From NCBI RefSeq assembly GCF_009834535.1, contig NC_045714.1, forward strand, positions 27,962,001 to 28,026,000: a stretch of 64,000 nucleotides of DNA, in the 5' to 3' direction. Within the stretch, counting starts at the first letter, position 1. Every line of letters begins with the position of its first letter. Made by a program: the position numbers and the translations under genes. Of the stretch, positions 1-12,060 are shown one piece after another. The notes beneath the pieces are model-generated. The model was not told the DNA's origin. It ran no database searches and saw only the letters and a list, made by a program, of their open reading frames with translations. This DNA is from Camelus ferus (taxonomy: Eukaryota).

Positions 1-960
1 GGCAACTCTCAGGAGAAAAATTTTGTAAATTAAATAGCTGAGAGGGGACTGGATTTGAAAATATGTAATTAACTCCTACAACTCACTAATAAAAAGGCAA
101 CTCAATTAAGAAACAGATTTTTTAGGATTTGAATAGACACTGCTCCAAAGAAGATACACAAGTGACCAAGAAATATCTGAATAGATGGAAAATATCATTA
201 GCCATCAGGGAAGTGGAAGTCAAAACCACAGGGAGACACCCAGTAGAATCGCCATAATTGAAATGCCAGGTAATCTCAAGTGTTGCCAAGATGTGAAGAA
301 GATGGAGCCCTCACTCACTTCTGACGGAAATATAAACCGGTGCAGCCACTTTGGAAAACAAGCTAGAAACTCCTTAATATGCTAAACACAGAGGTATAAA
401 AGTACCCAGAAACACCATTCTTAGGTATATACTTAAAAGAAATTAAAATAAATATCCGTTCAAAAACTGATACAAATGTTCACAGCAGCATTATTCATAA
501 CAGCCAAGTAGAGGAAACAACTCAAATGTTCATCAACTGATAAACAGATAAACAAGATGTGATATATCCGTAAAACAGAATATTATTTCACAATAAAAAG
601 AAATGAAGTACAAGATGGACGAACTTTAAAAACATTATGTTAAAATCAAAAAGCCAGCTACAAAAAAAACCAGAACAATCATAGTGTATGATTCAGCTTA
701 TATGAAACGTCTACAACAGGCAGATTGACAGGAACAACACAAACTGGTGGTTGTCTAGGGCCGGGGGTGGGAAAGCTGTTGGGGGAAAATGGGTACGTGG
801 TTTCTTTACAGAGTGATGAAGACGTTCTAAAATTGATTCTGCCGATGTCTGCACAGCTTTGTGAATATATAAAACCCACTGAATTGTGTATGTTAAATGA
901 GTGGATCATATGGTTTACGAATTACATCTCAAGAAAGCTATTATCTGAAGGAAAAAGAAA
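1..960 (+). mobile_element. Old L1 (L1M-type) fragment: ORF2 3' end and 3' UTR
   Basis: Typical L1 3' motifs: gaatagacactgctccaaagaagatac, cacagcagcattattcataacagccaa, gtgtatgattcagcttatatgaa, cccactgaattgtgtatgttaaatgagtgg, then an A-rich end. Confidence 0.9.
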
Positions 961-1202
961 AGTGAAAATAAGATGAAATGTTCTTTGGCGACATGGATGG
1001 GAACTGTCAATGTTCCTCGTTCTTGAATCTCTAAAACAAACAGGGAGAAAGGATGCTCTCCTCTGGCAGAAAATGCCTGAGACTTTTAAAGTGGGAAAAA
1101 TGATCGGCTGAAATGCTGGCAAACTCTAAAAGGCTCCAAGGAATGCTATTCCTCATCATCTCACTAGATTCAGCCAATGCATTGATGAGATAGTTTTTCT
1201 TT

Positions 1203-1385
1203 TTTAATTTATTTTTTATTGACGTATAGTCAGTTTGCAACTTTGCATCAATTTCTGGTGTAAAGCAAAATGTTTCAGTCATCCACATACATGTGTATAT
1301 ATATTTCATATTCTTTCTCATGTAGGTTACTACAAGATATTGAATATACTGCTATACAGTAGAAACTTGTTGTTTAGCTATAGTT
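1203..1385 (-). mobile_element. Short 3' end fragment of a cetartiodactyl-type L1
   Basis: T-rich head followed by attgacgtatagtc...gtaggttactacaagatattgaata...gctatacagtagaaacttgttg; same family as the copies at 32.3, 34.3 and 42.4 kb. Confidence 0.85.
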
Positions 1386-3439
1386 TTTCAAACATAGGCC
1401 TCCTAGTCCTACAGTTATCCTATTTAAATGTCATTGGTGTCTCTTGGCTCATTAGAAAGCCATATACTACTACAGGTCCTCAAAGTCTATTTAGACTAAT
1501 TTTTACTTTTCTAAAAGTCTAGAAAGAAAAGATTTAATAAGCTAGAAATGGAAAAAGTAAAAAAAAAAAAAAAAGAAGTAAGAAAAAGGCCTCCTCACAA
1601 GAGGAATATCTATAAAGTATACACTTTTGTTATTAAACAGTATTTTGCTAAAATAAGGATAAACTTACATAATGCAACAATCTTATAGTCTTCCATAAGT
1701 TCACCTTACCTTGAAAGGAAATCCAGAAGCTGTTTTATTTTCAACCATATCTTACAAAGAAAGATTTGCTAACTGTTTCAAAAATGCTTTCTATTTAAGA
1801 GAAACCTGTACAAGTCGTTCTTGTAAATAATGAGAATTTCTTTTCCCCCAAGGGAATAATTCCTACTTCAGTGTTTCTAAGAATATACAGGGTTAAACCC
1901 GTGTAAAATAGATTTTCTCACAGCTGGGGGAGAGCAGGACGCTGCAAATAGGAAACCAGATAGCTGAGAGGTCAAAACACTACACTTCCAGGTCAGACTT
2001 CTGGTTGCAATTAAGTAAAATTCCTGCAAATATTTGTAAGGAAATCATATTTTTGGTGTCTCCTTTCAGGCCTTGTAACTTTTTTATTTTCTTTAACAGC
2101 AGCTTATAGTTATGGATATAGACATAATCTTTACTATTCACTCAAGACAAACAGAAACACAGTACGCATTTGTGTGCACACATACACCAATCTAGGACCC
2201 TGGAAGGCCGATTTGATCTCGGCCTCAAAGGTAAAAAAGACATCTTTTATAGGTATTCATTCTTTCATGTTGGAGATTGTGTGGAGCTAGTTTTGGTTTT
2301 GCTTAATGCAGACTTGGGTAATTTCCTCAAGACATTCCACATAATAGGTTAAGCCAAGTTTCCTATTAGCTAAATAGTTCACGATCAAATAGTTGAGATA
2401 CATCTGAAGCTGACTGGAGTTTAGGCTCTAAGTAATAACAAATATAAACAAGCTGCACAATTAAGTGTAGCTAAGCAGGTATTAAATACGCCTCGACGCA
2501 ACTCCTGGGAACAGCCCGGGGCTGCGAATGCATCACAAATGCCCACCTTGCTCAGAAACCTGCGGTGGATTCATTTGGAGACAATGTCAATGTCTCCTGT
2601 CCCAAGGGGGGCAGGTCGTCTCTTGCCCTGTTTATAGAAGTTATTACAGTGAATATAAAATTATTTTTGTTGTAAACAGCTGCAGTGGTAAGCTTCACAG
2701 TAACTACAAAATCCATAATTTTAGATTCTCCACTTTTATTCTACATAGAAGGGTGTCATGTGAGGGAATTTGAAAATCAAAGTGCTCCAGGTTTTAATCA
2801 TCACTTGGGTTACTGTCCCCCAAATTCCCAAGATATTTAATTAGTAACACTCAGTCCCAAAGCATCAGACCACAGCATGTTACCCTACACTAGACAGAGC
2901 CTCTTCACTCGTCCTCCATACCCTTCAAAATCAAAGAATTCTTACAGATGCTCAATCAGTCAGATAACTACTATCTATTTTCTCTCTTGAGCTTCCCAAT
3001 GGCTATTAATATTAGTGATGTGACACTCAATTACACAAATTTTAAAATCTTGGCATTGCGATCAGAGGGCCTGGCCAAAGGAAAAGAATTTAAAGGGAAC
3101 AGACACGCTGGTGAATGCCATAAGCACTTCCCAGACACAGGAAGGCTATTGCTACAGTATAATGGACATAAAACTCCCAAGACACGTCCAGTACGTGCCA
3201 AGGTAAATAGTTTCCACTATACCATGTCATCCCACACGTTAAAAAATTATATGCAACTCCTGTGAGAAACGGCCATGGCTTTCTGGGTAGTGGGGGAGGT
3301 CGGGTAGGAGAGCTTTCCTCATTAGTTAATCTGTCAAACACAGGAGAGGGTACCACTCTTTAAGACTTTGGGATTTGCCAAAGTACAGCCTTGTAGAGGG
3401 TCTCACCATCTCCTGGTGTCCCCACCCCTCACTCCAACA

Positions 3440-3478
3440 CACATACACACACACACACACAACACACACACACACACA
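3440..3478. repeat. Imperfect (CA)n microsatellite
   Basis: Directly visible CA run. Confidence 0.95.
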
Positions 3479-6239
3479 TTACGTGGCAGCTAAACCATTT
3501 TAACACTGTAAGGTTGGTGTCCCAAGGAGCACACTGCCATCATGCTGGGATAAACCACAATTTTCACTGGGTGAACTGGGGAGAGCTATAGGCCCCCCAG
3601 CCAGCTGTCACTATTAGAAATATTGTGACAGGACAAACAGATCACTAATCAAATGGTTTCTATTATCCTCTTGAAGGCAGGTGACTTTCTCACCCATTAC
3701 TTTCTCCTCACTCTCTGAGCAGGGCAGGAATGCCAGGACACTAGATCTGACAGCCAAGCGGGACTTGTCTTTGGAATATCCAGTAATAAAGGGTCAGTCT
3801 TCATGGAGCTGGTAAATGGGCAGGGACCACCATTTAATGACAAAGATCTTTCTAGAACCCAAGAGTCCCAGGGAATTCGGTAACGTTGTTTTGAACTCCC
3901 CAGTTCCCGAATATGCAGAAATTTGGGAGCAGAAAATCTGCACGTAAATGTGAACCAGCCCAAGTGGACTCAAAAGGAAAAATGGAGTTGCATCACCAAT
4001 AAAAAGCCCTGACAGAACTGGCGTTGTACTTTGCACCTCGGCAATGGCAACATAGACTTTAAGGGCAAAAAATCACTGTCTTTCTTCCAGGCGGGTAGGG
4101 GTGTTCGGGGGATGGGCAGGGTGGGACGGGAAGCAGTTTACTCACCCAGCGACCAGTAGGGTCAATCTAATAAGGTTTACACTAACATCGAAAAGGTCTT
4201 CTAGGTGGTTTGAATTGAAGTTTGAGAACCTCTTGGTGTGATGAAAAGGACCCTAACTTTTTCCAAAGCTTTGTATGTTTGAGGTTTTTAATTTCTTATA
4301 AAATTAAAAAACAAAAGATCAGTCATTGCAACTGTGGCAACGTCCATCACAGGTGACTGTAAAAAGTGGAAACGTGACACTTAAAAGTTTTGAGATTTTG
4401 TTTTTCTTCAGCAGTTAGCCAAGTCTCCCCAGTGTTTGAGGACGCAAGGCATCTTGTGTTGTCACTGATGCTTTAGCACACTTCTGGTAATAAGTATAAA
4501 ACTTATAGCTTTACAAATTGCCCATTCCTGGAAAAATCGTCTCTGCTGAAATCATGGCACGTTCACCAGAGGGCCTGTGGGCGCTCGCTTCCATTATTGT
4601 CCTTTTAAGCTTCTCATGTGTGGATGAAAGCCGAGAAAATGTTTTGATGGGGGACATTATGGGAAGAAATGTAAGTAATAACCAGAGCTATTTAAACACA
4701 TGTGTAAAAAGAAAACACATGTTTCCACTGTGCCCGAGGACAGATCGAGGGAAATCCATTTCTATTTGTAAAGGGGTGTGGGTAGGCAAAAAAAAAGTCT
4801 AAATATTAAGAATATTTACCAGAATGGCAGATCACTGAAAACATGTGCTGTTTTACTGTTTTAGAACCACACGAGTGCCCAGGTCCTCCTCTTTCATCCA
4901 GAGAAGTCCCTCCTTGGCAGTGTCTGCAAGTGCACCCAGCTTGGTCCCCATGGCTGGCACGGGCAGGAGCAAACGCCGACATGCCTGCGAATAGCTGACG
5001 CCCATCCCAAGGGGCTGTGGAGCTGGTTCTCTTGCTCCAGGGCCTGTGTTTTATCAGGACTAACAGTTGTTGGAGGGATGGTAATTGTCACTGCCCTTCA
5101 CGTGGAAGAAAAGGATGGAGATGTTACTGTGCAAGGATCTGTTTCCAAGCAAGTTTTCACTGTCCTCACTGAAACCCCCTGATGGTTTCTATGGAGGAAG
5201 GGCTGGGCTCAAAGGGAGAAGGGTTTCATGTCCAAAATTTATTTGAAATAGGAAAAGGCCCTGTTTTCAACGGGCTGGGAAAATAAATACAAACCCAAAC
5301 AAACAGCGCATATACAAATGTGTGCTCCTGGGGACCCCCGGGGAGAAGGGCTCACAATCAGGCCTGTGTCTGGAGCACAGAGAGAAAGCTTTCTTTGGCA
5401 GGTACCGCGCATCGGGCGTTGGGGAAGGAGGGGACCGCGGCTCAGACGGGGGAAGAATAGGAAGAACTTGCTTGTGTTGGCAACTCTTCCCTTTTTCTTT
5501 TGCTCCCTTGTTGTGTGAACACCCACTGATTTCCTAACATGGTGGTAACGTGCCCCGCCGTGGAAGGCTGCGTGGGTGTCGAGGAAGGAGGGTGAACGCC
5601 TGGTAACCTGGCCCTGAACATTCGCAGAAGATACCTTGGATGCCACAAAGGAGCCAGCGACCAGCTACACGCTTTGGCTGGAGGTTTCGGCTCAGCTTTC
5701 AGAGGAGCGTTTAGCTTAGAAGAGAAGCCAAGAAGAAAGCCAGGGCAGACAGAAACCACAGTACCCAGGAAAATTTAATTTATTTTATGGCATTTTCCAA
5801 AGAACTGGGTTTCTTAGATGTTAACTGAAAGAAAAAGATTACAAAGGATGGAATAATAGGCAGTAAAAAAAAAAATTATAGCTTTACAAACACAAAAATG
5901 CAGCAGAGCCTTAATACATAGGCAACGTACTGAGTTATTCAGACAGTAGACAGCACTGAGGCAAGTGCCTGGAGCTGGAAGACGAGCTCTGTCTTGGAGT
6001 CTATTTCTCCTTGTCCATCTTGTGATCAGAGGGGAGAGGGTACAAAATCTAAATCAAAGATACCCACCCAGGAGCTAAAGCAGAATGCTACTCCTGGTTC
6101 CCACATGGTTAAAGACAGCTTTGTTTTTTTTGACTAGAGGAACATGTCATTAAAAGAGAAAACACACACGCAATCTCCTTAATGGGGATACCGAAGCAGT
6201 GAAGACAAGCCAGGCATCCGACAGCCGTGTTTTCACGGT

Positions 6240-6420
6240 GCCTCTGACACTTCCTAGTTATGGGACCTCAGGCACGTTGCCTGCACTCTGAGTCTGGTTC
6301 TCAACCTCAGAACCAGGGTTGAGGATGCTGGCTAGAAAGGGCTGCACACAAGGATCCACCGCGAGTGTTTGGAAGAGCCAGCACAGTGCGGCCCCAGCAG
6401 GTTGAAGCTCAGTGATGGGT
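6240..6420 (+). mobile_element. Degenerate MIR SINE
   Basis: cctctgacacttcctagttatgggacctcaggcacgttgcctgcactctgagtc resembles the MIR core. Confidence 0.55.
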
Positions 6421-6859
6421 AACTAGTAGGAGGAGTCAGGCTAAAGGCCATCCAGGATGGGTGGGGCTGGGGGGCAGGTATCTGCAGACGAGTCAGAATT
6501 TCTGCAGCTCATCTTCCACTGGGGTAGGATGTGGTTGGGACTTTCTCAAAACCAAACGAGAACAACTATTTAGTAATTTGTAACTCAGACCACTTTCACC
6601 TCTGCCATTTGTTGGAGGGGCAAAGAGATGTTGCCATGGGCTCAACAACAAAGCCTTGGCCAATCAACATGTGACAGACGAGTAAGACTGCAGCTCATTC
6701 CTTTAGTTCCTCCAACTTGTGTGCTTTTCCCGAGTGACGGGCTCGGCACTGGGTGCTTCCCACAACAAGATCCTGGCCCTGTGGGAAGAGGGAGCGGTGA
6801 GTGTGCTACCATTTCGCAGCTGCGAAAGGGAAGAGCAGCTCCTTGAGAAAGAAGATGTG

Positions 6860-6990
6860 TGGAATCAGATAAGGTTCCTTACGGGAAATGACACCGGAGC
6901 ACAGGCCTGGCCCAGGAGCGTACAAGGAGAAGAGAGAGTTTTAGGGAGAGGAAGCAACATGTGCAAAGGCCCACAGGCAAGAAAGCAGGA
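6860..6990 (-). mobile_element. L2 fragment
   Basis: gaggaagcaacatgtgcaaaggcccacagg matches the reverse-complement L2 3' motif. Confidence 0.55.
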
Positions 6991-7861
6991 TGTTCCGGGA
7001 CCTGTCAGTCGGTCAGGCTCCAGTGCCAAGCTGATAAGTGACCACAGGAGTCCTCCCAGGGTTGCCTGGCCAAAGCCATCTGGGATCAATGACTCCCCTC
7101 CTCGCAGGGAGAGGGGCTCCTCCTGAACTCAGCTTCCCGCAGGTCTGGCTGGAGGGCTGCCAGAGTTTCTGGGTACTAGGCAGTTGGCGTGCTCAGCATT
7201 TTTCTGAATGGCCAGATTGCCCGGTACCTATAATTGGGACCAAAATGTTTGCCTCTCCCCATTCCCACAAGATCGTTTTCATGCTTGCTCAATATGAAGG
7301 CTGATCATCAGAGAACTGGGGTCCCTCTGCTGGAATGCAGCTATAAGGCACATGAGCTGTACGCCGGCTGGGCATCCCCAGCTACAGGACGACCAGAGAG
7401 CAGAGGAGCTGTGTGCAGGCTGATCCACGTGAGATGGTCAGTTTGCACCAAGTGACTACCCTGCACTCCCCAGAACCCTCTGAACAAGGGGGGCCCAATG
7501 CGGGGAGGACACTGCTACCAGGGCCATTTCTGAGTGGACCTGAGGGTTGAGGAACACCTTTTGGAGAGTAAGAGCTAGTTGCTGCGAGGACTAATGACCA
7601 GGACAGACATGGCATCTGGAGACCACCAAAGCCTAAGAGTGAGTGGGTCACCCAGTGACTAGTTGGCCTGAAATTTGCAGTCAACTAAAGTCCATGGCTG
7701 GTTGAGTCACGTGGCCCACTAGAAGGCCATGAGTCAACGGTAACCTTGGTAGGAACCCTGTCCATGGTGTGATCCACAGACATCTTTGGCTTATTGGTTA
7801 ACTGGTATGTCCATAACTCCAGATATGATGGAGAACATATGTGGACCCTACTTAAACTGTA

Positions 7862-8246
7862 CGTTGTGGGCTGAATCATGTCTCTTCAAAATTTTTCTGT
7901 TGAAGTCCTAACCCCCCAGGAACTCAAAATGTGACTATATTTGGATATAGACTCTTTAAAGAGGTAATTAAAATGAGGTCATTAGGGTGGGCCCTAAGCC
8001 AATATGACTGCATAAGGGGTGGGATTTATAAAAGAAGGANNNNNNNNNNNNNNNNNNNNNNNNNNNNNNNNNNNNNNNNNNNNNNNNNNNNNNNNNNNNN
8101 NNNNNNNNNNNNNNNNNNNNNNNNNNNNNNNNNNNNNNNNNNNNNNNNNNNNNNNNNNNNNNNNNNNNNNNNNNNNNNNNNNNNNNNNNNNNNTCTGTTT
8201 AACCGTCTGTGGTATTTTGTTATGACAGCCCCAGCAAGCTAATACC
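7862..8246 (+). mobile_element. MLT1B-like (ERVL-MaLR) solo LTR inserted into ERV-L gag
   Basis: Start gttgtgggctgaatcatgtc...gaagtcctaacccccagg...aaagaggtaattaaaatgaggtcattagggtgggccctaa; end gtctgtggtattttgttatgacagccccagcaagctaatac; 5-bp target duplication ctgta/ctgtc; interrupted by an N gap. Confidence 0.9.
8040..8193. other. Assembly gap (154 N)
   Basis: Run of N inside MLT1B. Confidence 1.
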
Positions 8247-11235
8247 CTGTCTAATAGAGAAAAAAAAATCTAGGTGTGGCGAATAGGGGTCTGGCTTGGG
8301 CTACCTTGAAGGAGCTTTTCACCAGCCCCAGATCTGAGTCAGTCCTCCTTGAATAGAGAGCCAGGCAGCCCTCAAGTAAGGACTCTTCAAAATGATGGCA
8401 AGTACATTCTATAAATTCCCCGTTTGGCATCTGCAACCGTTTACTCAGGTACCTGCACAATGAGAAGACGGAAATACACAGAACTCTTGAGGCTGATCGG
8501 ACACAGGCTCTGAGACAATGCTGGTTCTCGGGTTTCTGGTCACCACTGTGACTCACCAGAGGGGGATAAACAGAAACTTGGCTTCAGTTCATCTCACAAG
8601 GGGCCCAACGGGGCTGTGAAAATCTGCCGTCGTCTTCTCAGCTGTTGAGTCTATGACTGGGGCAGGCTTGCTCTGCAACTGACAGAACCCACCCTCAGAG
8701 ACCTGGCTCCTGGAGGGCGTGCTGGTTTTGCAACAGAAGGCCAGAAGGAAGTCTCTGGAGTTCCCCATGCCCACCAAAACCGTAAGCCAAAAGCAAGGTT
8801 GATCCCGAGGATTTCAAAGGGACCATGGCATCACCAAACACTTGAAATATTCAAGAGTATTTTGTCATACAATTTTCTCATTTAATTCACCACTTTGGCC
8901 CAAGTAGAAGACAGACAGTTCTTGGAGGATGACAGTGGATTAATGGAGCTTTAATTTGGCAGAGATTCTTCGGGATTGGAGCCCTACCACACCTAGCATC
9001 AGCGACACAGAGCTGGGAAAATGCAGTGTTCCTATCCCAGTGAGCAGACAGCACAGAAGCAGGTTTCTGCCGACAGTAGGGACAGCCACCCAGCTCCACT
9101 CCTGCCTCACTGCTCTGCTAACATTCTGGTTCAGTGACACTGTGAGCCCACCAGGACCATCAGAATCTCACTGCCTCATAGGATATCAGTTCAACAACAG
9201 TGAACTCATAATGGAAGGGCTCATAGAGCAGAGAGTGGCACATATTCTAGATGCCATATAGACACGGGCATGTGTCAGACTGAAACCCGTGAAAATGGTT
9301 TCTGAACGTCCAGGGGTCTGGGGCATGTGAGAGAGTTCACCCAAAAGAAAAGTCAAGTTTTTGCACCCTGGACCCCTGAGCACTAAGAAGTTAGCACAAA
9401 CACTGGTGGATATATCTGTGTGTTTCTCTGACTTATATAAATGACCTGAAATGCTGGCAACTTGAGTAAACAGTTTACTAGCAGATACAATGGTGTGCCT
9501 GGTTAACCAATGACTCTGCCCACTTATGAAATGATACCAGCCCACTGAGGGTGGAGCAGGGAAATCTGCTCAGTAGGCAGAACGCTGAGTAGTGAATTTT
9601 GGCCTATAAGGAGAGGGAGACTGAGATCTGAATACTTACACATTGGTAGAAACTCATAAGGACCAGTGACAAGGACATTTGTGGAAAAGTTGTATGGAGT
9701 GGGAAAATATTTGAATCTGATGTGAATGTTCTCTGAGAGGCCCCACTAAGAACTTATAATAATCTGGACAAGACGACCTGCTCCATGGATGCTGGCCGGC
9801 CGCTCTCCCCAGCTGCCGAAGTACCTGCTCACTGGGTTCATGAGCGATGTGGCCATGGTGGAAGGATGAACTTTATGCTTGGGCTCAACATGGACTTAAC
9901 TGCACCGAGGCTGAGCCCTGCCAAATGCCCAGTCTGAGCAGCCCCACAAACTCACTTCACAGGGAGATGGGCCAGCTGTGATGGGTGGATTATATTAGAC
10001 CTCTTTTACCCCAGAGGCAGCAATAACTTATCTTCACTGCAGTGGACCTTATCCAGGACGTGGATGTATCCTCTACACCTGCCATGTTTCTGCTAGCCAC
10101 ATTGCCCATGGACTTTCTGAAGGCCTCATCCTCATCCACCATCACCACTGAGTGCTTCTGACCAAGAAGCTTATTTTGCAAAGTAAGGCAGTGGGCCCAT
10201 AAAAGTCAGTGGTCCTACCAAGCAGTCAAGCAGGGCTCAAATGCAGCTGGCCTTACACGATGGTGGAAAGGTCTACTGAAAATTCAGTTATGATTCAAAC
10301 TGCAAGGTGGGAGAGCACGTGGAACTGGGGTAAAATCCTACAAGATGTACCACGTAGTCTGACCAGCACAACAGTTTGGCATTAGCCAGAATACATGGTT
10401 CCTGGAACCAAGGAGTGGAAGTGGGAAGTGACCACCTCAGCAAAGAGTCTGCTTTTCATCCCCATGACTGCATCTTTAATGCTCGAGAAAAGACTGGAAC
10501 AGAGAGGCTGACATGAGTCAGGCTGGAAGTTTGAAGTGCCATGTAACTATCTCAGGCCCTTTATGCCACTAGACAGACAGAAAGGGGAGCTGAAATGTTG
10601 TCGGCTCATGAGGGCATAACCGGGGCACAAGGTATACAGGCAACACAGGCACACAAGGGTTCTGCTGGAGGAGCGTACCCAATCCGAGAAGTGAAGGAGA
10701 ACCATGGCAGCCTCAGACAGGCGTGACCACTGACAGCTCAGATCCCTCAGGAAGGAAGGTGTGGGTCACCCTGCCAGGTCAAGAATCCTGACCAGCTGAG
10801 TCACTGGCTGAAGACAAAGGGAATGGGAAACAAATATTAGAGGAGGGAAGATACAAACACCAGCTCTTTATTTCATGTAACTGACTACAAAAGTTAGGAT
10901 GGTAGCATCTTCCTAAACTGTCTTCCTTGTTGCATCTACTTATATATTAAATGAGTTTTCTGGCTTTTTATTTAAGGTTTGTGGCAATAGTTAGCTTCCT
11001 CATTTGGTCAGTAGGTAAATTAACATGGGCCGTGAATGAACTGAAGGAGGAAAAACGACACTCAGGAACCTCAGGCTTGGAGCCAGGACACAAGATTTGG
11101 GTTCTGTCTCTCCGGGGAGATGGTGAGCCTGTTACCCCTGTAGCTGGGAGAGTTGTGTTGTCAGGCAAAAGCTTGCTGCTACTGTTTAGGAGTTTATAGA
11201 AGAAGGAAGCCAACAGGAAAACTCCGGTGGATATT

Positions 11236-11690
11236 TGTAACTTGCATCCACTTATCCAAAGCTTCAGACCATCCTCCCTGTGTTTTGGTAACTTCCCACA
11301 TTTTGTGAGTCCCAGTTTCCCAAGGTGAAAGGCAAGCGCTTTGTGCTCCCTGGCTCCCCTGCAGCTAGGATGGAGGCGTGGGGTCTGGTTTTGCCTTGCA
11401 GTGGGCCCGGAGGGAGGAGCACTGTGTTGCGGCCACGGGCCAGGCCGCTAACATTTACAGGCTGGGCCAAAGGCTGACGCCTGGCCCTGAGTATGGCAGA
11501 CAGCACTGAAACGGCGCACGTACCAAAGTCGTCCCCATCCCGTGATGGAGGCTGTGCTTGAGAACCGGGCGGCCTGGTCCTCCCACAGGTAGAGTCTGTG
11601 AACTATCTAGTATCTTTAATCAACTTCTCTGTTGAAGAGGCAGACAGATCCTGGTTAGTCTCAAGCAGAAATGAAATTAAATAAAGGACA
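11236..11690 (+). mobile_element. Probable ERV-L 3' LTR (old LTR41/LTR50-like group)
   Basis: Begins with TG just after the ERV-L terminal motif; ctcccctgcagctagg and the ending tgtgaactatctagtatctttaatcaacttctctg resemble old ERV-L LTRs; family assignment is uncertain. Confidence 0.45.
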
Positions 11691-11851
11691 TCAGGCAACT
11701 CAGGTTCCTGGTCACAAAAGGTTTTAAAGCTGGAGATCATCACATTTTTGTCTTCGAGAGGCCACTTTGGCAGCAGAGGTGTGGATGAATGGGAAGGGAA
11801 ATCGGGAGGCTGTGGCAGTGATTCAAGAACTGATTAAGAAGGTCCCTGGTT

Positions 11852-11990
11852 GGGGGGGTGTATAGCTTAGTGGTAGAGCGTGTGCCTAGCAAGCACAAGG
11901 TCTTGGGTTCAATCCCCAGTACCTGCATATACATCTGTATATATATAAAGCCTAATTACCTCCTCCTCTACAAACAGCAACAACAAAACA
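11852..11990 (+). mobile_element. tRNA-derived SINE (camelid vic-1-like)
   Basis: G-run head, A box tagcttagtgg, B box gggttcaatccc, tail cctaattacctcctcc, A-rich end. Confidence 0.9.
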
Positions 11991-12060
11991 TACAGTGCTG
12001 TGTGTCAATTCTATCTCAATAAAACTGGAAGAAAAAATAATAAAAACAAAACAAAAAGAA
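11990..12060 (+). mobile_element. Extreme 3' tail of an L1
   Basis: gtgctgtgtgtcaattctatctcaataaaactggaagaaaaaataataaaaac (L1 polyadenylation signal and A tail). Confidence 0.7.

Larger units (their letters stand above)
7300..11235 (+). mobile_element. Decayed ERV-L internal region (gag-pro-pol-IN remnants), non-coding
   Basis: Motifs occur in retroviral order: protease DTGSE (8500-8514), RT start WRMTVD (8923-8940, then a stop), RNase H-like gggaaatctgctcagtaggcagaac (about 9560), integrase VDYIRPL (9985-10005) and SDQ (10157-10165), and ERV-L 3' motifs gatccctcaggaaggaaggtgtgggtcacc and ggtggatatttgt. Many stops, frameshifts and deletions. The 5' boundary is uncertain. Confidence 0.85.

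Noticed and set aside
3794-4058. Possible terminal coding exon on the minus strand (YVAIAEVQSTTPVLSGLF...)
   Set aside because: The acceptor is plausible, but the peptide is unrecognised, the phase does not match the upstream candidates, and no clear polyA signal was identified.
4518-4676. Signal-peptide-like ORF (MARSPEGLWALASIIVLLSFSC) ending at a + strand gtaagt donor
   Set aside because: Weak Kozak context, no promoter-like sequence and no partner exon found. Hydrophobic runs are common in chance ORFs.
11852-11925. tRNA gene (also at 23378-23450 and 34776-34850)
   Set aside because: A and B boxes are present, but the acceptor and anticodon stems do not pair properly and each copy carries the shared SINE tail. 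These are SINE heads.
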